This document shows positions 7,783 to 12,231 of a stretch of DNA of 12,231 nt, in pieces (position 1 is the first letter of the stretch; every line of letters starts with the position of its first letter). The notes under the pieces are model-generated. The model worked only from the letters and a program-made list of their open reading frames with translations. It was not told the DNA's origin and did not search any database. Made by a program: the position numbers and the translations under genes. This DNA is from an uncultured Thermococci archaeon (GTDB taxonomy: Archaea > Methanobacteriota_B > Thermococci > Thermococcales > Thermococcaceae), in contig CAZTOS010000066.1 in assembly GCA_964615185.1 (NCBI GenBank), positions 1 to 12,231 of the forward strand, in the 5' to 3' direction.

Positions 7783-8223
7783 ATGAGGAAAGTTTTAGGT
7801 ATATTATTGCTTGTCGGCTTAATCTTAGCATCATCTGGCTGCATTAGCTTTAGCGACAATGCAGTAATCATCAGCCTTGGGAATCAAACCTACACAATCC
7901 CGTTAAACCAAACCACCAATCAAACGAGCAACAAAACCGTAAACCAAGAGTTGTACAACTACAGTTATGAAGTGCAAGTCGGTGAGGAGCTTTACATTCG
8001 AGAACTGAACTTTACGATAAGACCAGATTACGACATCTCAAAGCAGAAATTCTTCTTTGCAACTCCCCAAGGGGTTTATTGGGAACCAATGAACATTACA
8101 GTTGAAAACGTTACAATTCTCGGCGAGAGCTACTTCGCAGGAACAAGCATTTACATTTCTAAAATCACGATTGAGAGTCCAAGAGAGCTCAGCATAGAGA
8201 TTAGAGAGGTGAACAGCTCATGA
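7783..8223 (+). CDS. Putative lipoprotein or surface glycoprotein, 146 aa
   Basis: RBS GGAGGTGA at 7771-7778 favours ATG 7783; MRK-hydrophobic-'ASSGCI' lipobox-like signal; 9 sequons by hand count. Confidence 0.82.
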   Translation: MRKVLGILLLVGLILASSGCISFSDNAVIISLGNQTYTIPLNQTTNQTSNKTVNQELYNYSYEVQVGEELYIRELNFTIRPDYDISKQKFFFATPQGVYWEPMNITVENVTILGESYFAGTSIYISKITIESPRELSIEIREVNSS

Positions 8224-9056
8224 GGCAAAGCCGAATTCTCCCCCTATTATTCATTATATGTATATTACTAACACCAGCCATGGCAGTGTACACGTGGACT
8301 GGACAGCTTAACGTGGGCAATGTTGTTTACATTAATGACATGCAAGTTAAGATTGATAGGGACAAGAACAAGAATATCACAGCTGCTATTATCCTATACA
8401 AAGGAGAGACCTTTCTGGTGAAAGAGGGCGAGAGTGCAGAGATTGATGACATTGAAATCAGCGTCAACTCGTTCAAAGACTATGCAGTTCTGAGCGTTTC
8501 AAGTGACAAGCCATTCGAAATTAATTTCGATAACAAGACTACAGGTAATGAAAATTTGAAAAAGCAGATTAGCAACCTCAAAGAAGAAAACACGAAGCTA
8601 AGGCAGGAGAATGAAAAGCTAAAGGGTGAGAATCAGCGGTTGAAGGATCAGATTAACAAGTTGACTGATGAGAATAAACAGTTGAAGAGGAGAATAAGCG
8701 AGCTTGAAAAGCAAAAACCTGCAAGCACAAAAGAGCTTGAAGCAAGATTGTTGAATTTAACGAAAGAGAACAGGAAGCTTAAGATGCAACTTGCAAACCT
8801 AACGAGAAAGTACAATGAGATAAAGGCAAAGGCTGAGTTTCTTGAAGCCCAAAATGAAGAATACAGGTCAATTCTTCAAAAACTCATAGAGGAAGAGGCT
8901 CAAAAGAGCAAGCAGAATTACGTTGAGAAGGCAAAGAAAGAGCGCTTAATCGGTTCTATCATCATAAAGAGCCTTATTCTCGGTGGAATTGTTGTTGGGA
9001 TAGTTGGCTATGGGCTTTACAGGAAAAAGAGAAGTTGGGAGTTAGGTGGACTCTAA
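8220..9056 (+). CDS. Signal peptide, beta domain, long coiled coil and C-terminal TM protein, 278 aa (t26-13p-like)
   Basis: ATGA coupling; repeated 'ENxxL' heptads; C-terminal TM followed by RKKR. Confidence 0.88.
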   Translation: MRQSRILPLLFIICILLTPAMAVYTWTGQLNVGNVVYINDMQVKIDRDKNKNITAAIILYKGETFLVKEGESAEIDDIEISVNSFKDYAVLSVSSDKPFEINFDNKTTGNENLKKQISNLKEENTKLRQENEKLKGENQRLKDQINKLTDENKQLKRRISELEKQKPASTKELEARLLNLTKENRKLKMQLANLTRKYNEIKAKAEFLEAQNEEYRSILQKLIEEEAQKSKQNYVEKAKKERLIGSIIIKSLILGGIVVGIVGYGLYRKKRSWELGGL

Positions 9057-9136
9057 CGTAAGGAGTTCCCAAAGGAGGGATTTGGGATGATAGAAGTCTG
9101 AGAAGCTTGCTATGAACCCTTACGTTAGACAATAAG

Positions 9137-9146
9137 TTTTTTGTTT
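9137..9146 (+). terminator. Possible oligo-T terminator after the membrane operon
   Basis: TTTTTTGTTT in the first sizeable intergenic gap since position 128. Confidence 0.4.
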
Positions 9147-9169
9147 AAAAAATTCGGGAGGCATAGGGA

Positions 9170-10510
9170 GTGGAGAGTATAAAGATAAAGAACGCAATCC
9201 TCATATCAGGATCAAAGCCAGAAGAAGAGCCTGGAGTCTATATTGGTAGAAGAGCCGATGATGACCTCAAAGAACGCATTTATCTAACCTTTAAACCAGG
9301 AGATGCAAACCACATTCTCATCCTTGGTGAAAGCGGATATGGGAAAACAACGTTGCTGAGAGCGCTAGCTGAAAGCATCTTTGACTACTACCGATCACAA
9401 GGACAGAAAGTCATTATAATTCTCTTTGAGCGTAAAATGGACATCACAAAAATCAACAAGCTTAGAGAGTTTTACGAAAGCGTTGAGGAATATTACGGAG
9501 AAGAATATGCAAAAAGTCAGTATCCATTCCTAAGTCATTACCTACAATTAGTGGAGAATGATGAGAACCTTGGCATGATTGGAGACTTCTCAATGGGCTG
9601 GCCTAACTACATGCTTGAAAGCGTTTACCTAAGCAAGAAAAAGCAATACAAACTAAGTTCCTGGCACGACATTGAGCCGGACTACTACCCAACGACCCGC
9701 TTCATATTTAGGCCAACAAGAGTATTGGAGGCAATACAAATCGACAATGGATACAAGACAATAGCCAAAGAAGCAAAAATAAACCTCAAAAATGTTGACT
9801 TTGAGACAATAGCGAGAAGAGCCCATCTAACGCCAGGCACCAGATATGGTAGAATATTCATGAAGTATTGGGACATCAAAAAGATAAGAGACCCTGACAA
9901 ACTATACCAGCAATTCCTCTACGACTACAAGGATTCATTCAAATACGATGACACCATGAACGCAACAAAACTCAGCATCCAAACAGCCGTTGAGCTCCTA
10001 AAGCTTGACTCACTCTTCATCTCAGGCAATCAAAAGGACTTTGTTCATGAGATAACTGCAGACAGGATTAATATCATAGACTTCTCAACAAATTCAGATC
10101 TCAACAGTGCTGAAGAAGCCCTCGTCTTTGAGCATACTGTCAAATACGTGACAAGATATGCCCTCCGCAAAAAGATTCCTGTCTTTATAATTATTGATGA
10201 AGTCCACGAACTTTTGGAGCACAGGAGGGGTCGGGAGGCAATTGATGACATTTACAGAATGGGTAGGAGTCTACAAATTACTTTAATTTCTGCAACCCAA
10301 TACCTCTACAGCCTCCCCTCAATGCTGTATATCGGTGCACAACACATCTTTGTGGTTGGAAATTTTGCAAGTAGGAAGGACAAAAAGATACTCGAAGACT
10401 TCATTGGTGAGAAGATAAGAGTTAGAAATCCCGAAAAAGGAAAAGGCATCCTCTTTTTGGGGAAAAGAAAGAAGATTTCTGCTTATTTTCGACCCTCAAA
10501 AACTTTGTAG
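9170..10510 (+). CDS. HerA/FtsK/VirB4-superfamily P-loop ATPase, 446 aa
   Basis: Walker A GESGYGKT (9326-9349) after 'HILIL'; Walker B IIIDE (10187-10201); 'RMGRS' arginine-finger region and 'ISATQ' motif typical of FtsK-HerA ATPases; GTG start with GGGAGG RBS. Confidence 0.9.
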   Translation: MESIKIKNAILISGSKPEEEPGVYIGRRADDDLKERIYLTFKPGDANHILILGESGYGKTTLLRALAESIFDYYRSQGQKVIIILFERKMDITKINKLREFYESVEEYYGEEYAKSQYPFLSHYLQLVENDENLGMIGDFSMGWPNYMLESVYLSKKKQYKLSSWHDIEPDYYPTTRFIFRPTRVLEAIQIDNGYKTIAKEAKINLKNVDFETIARRAHLTPGTRYGRIFMKYWDIKKIRDPDKLYQQFLYDYKDSFKYDDTMNATKLSIQTAVELLKLDSLFISGNQKDFVHEITADRINIIDFSTNSDLNSAEEALVFEHTVKYVTRYALRKKIPVFIIIDEVHELLEHRRGREAIDDIYRMGRSLQITLISATQYLYSLPSMLYIGAQHIFVVGNFASRKDKKILEDFIGEKIRVRNPEKGKGILFLGKRKKISAYFRPSKTL

Positions 10511-10521
10511 GAGGTGTTATT

Positions 10522-11271
10522 ATGGGACTGTTTGACAGGTTTAGGAGAAAGGAAAATGAAAAAGTGAGAATTGGAAGGCTGGATCAGATTGATGTGATAC
10601 CTCTGGAAGAAGACATTGAAATACACGAAGACCAAAAAGGCAGAATTTACGATGAACTCCAAAGAGCTCTAATCAAAAGATTAGAAGAGCAGAAAAGGCT
10701 CAATGAGAAAATGGCACAAGTGTATCCCCTTAGACAAAAAGTCATTCTCTGGTTTGACGGCAAGGAGACAAGAATAAAAGGCTATCCAATAGCAATGAGA
10801 AAAGACTTTGATGAATACGTGATCCTCTACCAGGTGAGACCACCAGACTGGTTGGACAACATTTGGTATTCCCTCGGCAGAATACTCGGAAAACAACCAC
10901 CACAAAAGCTCATCAGAGTTCACGAAGAGTTGGTCTTCTTCGGCGAGGAAACCATAACAATCTTCGCCAGAGCCTTCAAGGTGAATCTGATCGGAGAGGA
11001 GGAAGCAATCCCAATTGAACACAATCCCATTGAGGCAGAACTATACATCGTCATGAAACAGTCAAGAGACGCCTGGCGTTCAGCATACATGCACTTAGCA
11101 AGGCAAGTTGCCGCAGCAACAGACTTAGCCCTCAATATTAATCCGAGGGTCAAAGTATATTGGAAGGACAAAACCAAAAACAAGGACAAAGGAACCGAAG
11201 AAGAACACTTTGGAGGTAAAGAAATTAGCTTTGCAGACAATATAATCAGGAGAGAGCTTTATGGTGAATGA
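10522..11271 (+). CDS. Hypothetical soluble protein, 249 aa, with an N-terminal amphipathic helix (t26-15p-like position)
   Basis: GGAGGTG RBS at 10510-10516; begins MGLFDRFRRK; no TM segment. Confidence 0.82.
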   Translation: MGLFDRFRRKENEKVRIGRLDQIDVIPLEEDIEIHEDQKGRIYDELQRALIKRLEEQKRLNEKMAQVYPLRQKVILWFDGKETRIKGYPIAMRKDFDEYVILYQVRPPDWLDNIWYSLGRILGKQPPQKLIRVHEELVFFGEETITIFARAFKVNLIGEEEAIPIEHNPIEAELYIVMKQSRDAWRSAYMHLARQVAAATDLALNINPRVKVYWKDKTKNKDKGTEEEHFGGKEISFADNIIRRELYGE

Positions 11272-11272
11272 C

Positions 11273-11602
11273 ATGGAAGTAGCAGAGCATTTAACCTACG
11301 AAGAGATGATGCTAAAAGCCGAGGAAGAAGCCAAAAACATCAAAACCCGCAAGAGCGTTAAAAGCTCCAAATCCAACAAAACAGATGATGGAAGCAACGA
11401 AACACAGAAAACCCGCATGATCAAAAGCCTAATCAGAGAAGCCTTTGAAGCATTGGCCAACGCATACGACTTGGCCTTCTTGGACGAACAAAGACAAGAA
11501 ATTAGAACAGCTTATAAACTCCTAAAAGCCGCACTACTACAAATAGACGGTGGAAAATACTTGCCAAAACCCGAGAAAAGAAAAGACAAAGAAAAAAGTT
11601 AG
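11273..11602 (+). CDS. Hypothetical charged helical protein, about 109 aa (alternative start ATG 11261)
   Basis: GGTGA RBS at 11263-11267 favours ATG 11273; Lys-rich low-complexity linker and two C-terminal helices. Confidence 0.72.
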   Translation: MEVAEHLTYEEMMLKAEEEAKNIKTRKSVKSSKSNKTDDGSNETQKTRMIKSLIREAFEALANAYDLAFLDEQRQEIRTAYKLLKAALLQIDGGKYLPKPEKRKDKEKS

Positions 11603-11603
11603 C

Positions 11604-11644
11604 ATGATAACAACGCCCAATTTTCCTTTTGCTTTTGTTATCAT
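11604..11644 (+). terminator. Oligo-T terminator enclosed by a 10-bp inverted repeat
   Basis: ATGATAACAA (11604-11613) and TTGTTATCAT (11635-11644) flank TTTTCCTTTTGCTT immediately after the stop at 11602. Confidence 0.65.
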
Positions 11645-11651
11645 AATCTTC

Positions 11652-11713
11652 TGCGAAAAATTTCGCAAACCCTATAAACACTAAATGCCAAGTTGTATTA
11701 CGTAGCACGTAAT
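11652..11713 (+). promoter_or_regulatory. BRE/TATA promoter of the TA operon with two palindromic operator candidates
   Basis: CGCAAACCC-TATAAA (TATA at 11673-11678); TGCGAAA-aa-TTTCGCA (11652-11667); ATTACGT-agc-ACGTAAT (11697-11713). Confidence 0.7.
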
Positions 11714-11727
11714 GGTGGTGAGAATTG

Positions 11728-11949
11728 ATGGGGGCAAATGCTGTTAATATTCTGCTCGAAGATGTGCGTGAGATGAAAAAGAAACTCGAAGAGATGGAAA
11801 TTGAACTCCTCAAGCTCAAAGCTGAGATGTTGGAAGAGGAAGAAATGGATAAAAAAGAAGCCAAAGAGATCATCAGAAGGGCAAAAGAATTGTATGAGAG
11901 CGGAAAAGGATTAACCATTGGAGAATTCAAAAAGGAGCTTGGGCTATGA
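11728..11949 (+). CDS. Putative type II antitoxin (archaeal RelB-like), 73 aa
   Basis: Small acidic helical protein ending 'GKGLTIGEFKKELGL', directly upstream of and ATGA-coupled to a RelE-like toxin; GGTGGTGA RBS. Confidence 0.8.
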   Translation: MGANAVNILLEDVREMKKKLEEMEIELLKLKAEMLEEEEMDKKEAKEIIRRAKELYESGKGLTIGEFKKELGL

Positions 11950-12218
11950 CTTTTCAAGTCATCATTGATCCCAAAGTCCCAAAGAAAGCCAAAAAATACC
12001 TTTCTAAAGCACACCAAAAGAAACTATCTGAGTTTGTTGAAACCCTACAATACGACCCATTCCCACGAAACAAATTCGACCTCAGGAAAATCAAAAGTTT
12101 TGAGAACCTTTACGCCCTCAGACTTGGGAAATATCGAGTTCTCTATGTTATTTTATGGGACAAAAAGGTTATAGTTATTGAAGACATCCTCCCAAGAGAA
12201 AGTGCTTATAAGAGGTGA
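11946..12218 (+). CDS. relE: Type II toxin, RelE/ParE family, 90 aa
   Basis: Basic protein with 'DPFP...LRKIK...YALRLGKYRVLY...VIVIEDILPRESAYK', the RelE pattern including the C-terminal R...Y. Confidence 0.88.
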   Translation: MTFQVIIDPKVPKKAKKYLSKAHQKKLSEFVETLQYDPFPRNKFDLRKIKSFENLYALRLGKYRVLYVILWDKKVIVIEDILPRESAYKR

Positions 12219-12222
12219 ACAA

Positions 12223-12231
12223 ATGACAGAA
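12223..12231 (+). CDS. 5' end of the next gene (MTE..., truncated by the window edge)
   Basis: GAGGTGA RBS at 12212-12218 overlapping the relE stop, ATG at 12223. Confidence 0.55.

Larger units (their letters stand above)
1..12231 (+). mobile_element. Internal part of a probable pT26-2-family (TKV2/TKV3-like) integrative plasmid or provirus-like element of Thermococcales; boundaries lie outside the window
   Basis: Long operon of uncharacterised membrane proteins, then a coiled-coil membrane protein, a HerA/FtsK/VirB4-like ATPase, a soluble protein and a TA module, with no housekeeping genes. The order resembles the recalled t26-5p to t26-15p core. Family assignment is from recall, not an alignment. 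Confidence 0.7.

Noticed and set aside
8545..8950. SMC/Rad50 or chromosome-segregation protein
   Set aside because: It is a generic coiled coil with a signal peptide and TM anchor, and has no ATPase motifs.
9170..10510. Calling the ATPase herA or virB4
   Set aside because: Superfamily motifs are clear but orthology cannot be set by eye. There is no nurA/mre11/rad50 context and it is much shorter than canonical VirB4.
50..12017. Minus-strand ORFs in the track (for example 50-355, 2483-2797, 7166-7690, 11502-12017)
   Set aside because: All are antisense shadows of well-supported plus-strand genes, with no recognisable motifs.
1968..12174. Alternative-frame plus-strand ORFs 1968-2207, 3155-3337, 5429-5959 and 11965-12174
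   Set aside because: They overlap better-supported genes and have atypical composition; 5429-5959 in particular is Cys/Ser/Arg-rich.
1..12231. Integrase, att site, tRNA, transposase or replication gene
   Set aside because: None is recognisable in this window, so mobility is inferred only from gene content and recalled synteny.

Overview
This window is a dense, co-oriented (+ strand) gene cluster from an archaeon, very probably Thermococcales. The evidence is GGAGGTGA/GGTGA ribosome-binding sites, ATGA-coupled genes, oligo-T terminators, a BRE/TATA promoter, an 'SSGCI' lipobox-like signal and many N-glycosylation sequons. From 259 to 9056 there are twelve consecutive membrane or surface proteins. 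They include two large anchored proteins (624 and 710 aa), a tandem pair of paralogous multi-TM proteins, small two-helix hydrophobic proteins, a heavily sequon-laden Ig-like protein, a lipoprotein and a membrane-anchored coiled-coil protein. Next come a HerA/FtsK/VirB4-type P-loop ATPase, two soluble hypothetical proteins and a RelBE-type toxin-antitoxin pair. From memory, and not from a search, this gene order and architecture match the conserved module of the pT26-2/TKV2/TKV3-type integrative plasmids of Thermococcales, whose function is unresolved (suspected DNA transfer or particle formation). No integrase, att site or replication gene lies in the window. Notable extras are five phased TTAGCTAA palindromes upstream of the operon, an unannotated 44-aa ORF, a long glycine-zipper hairpin, hairpins over ribosome-binding sites and three inverted repeats at the TA promoter.
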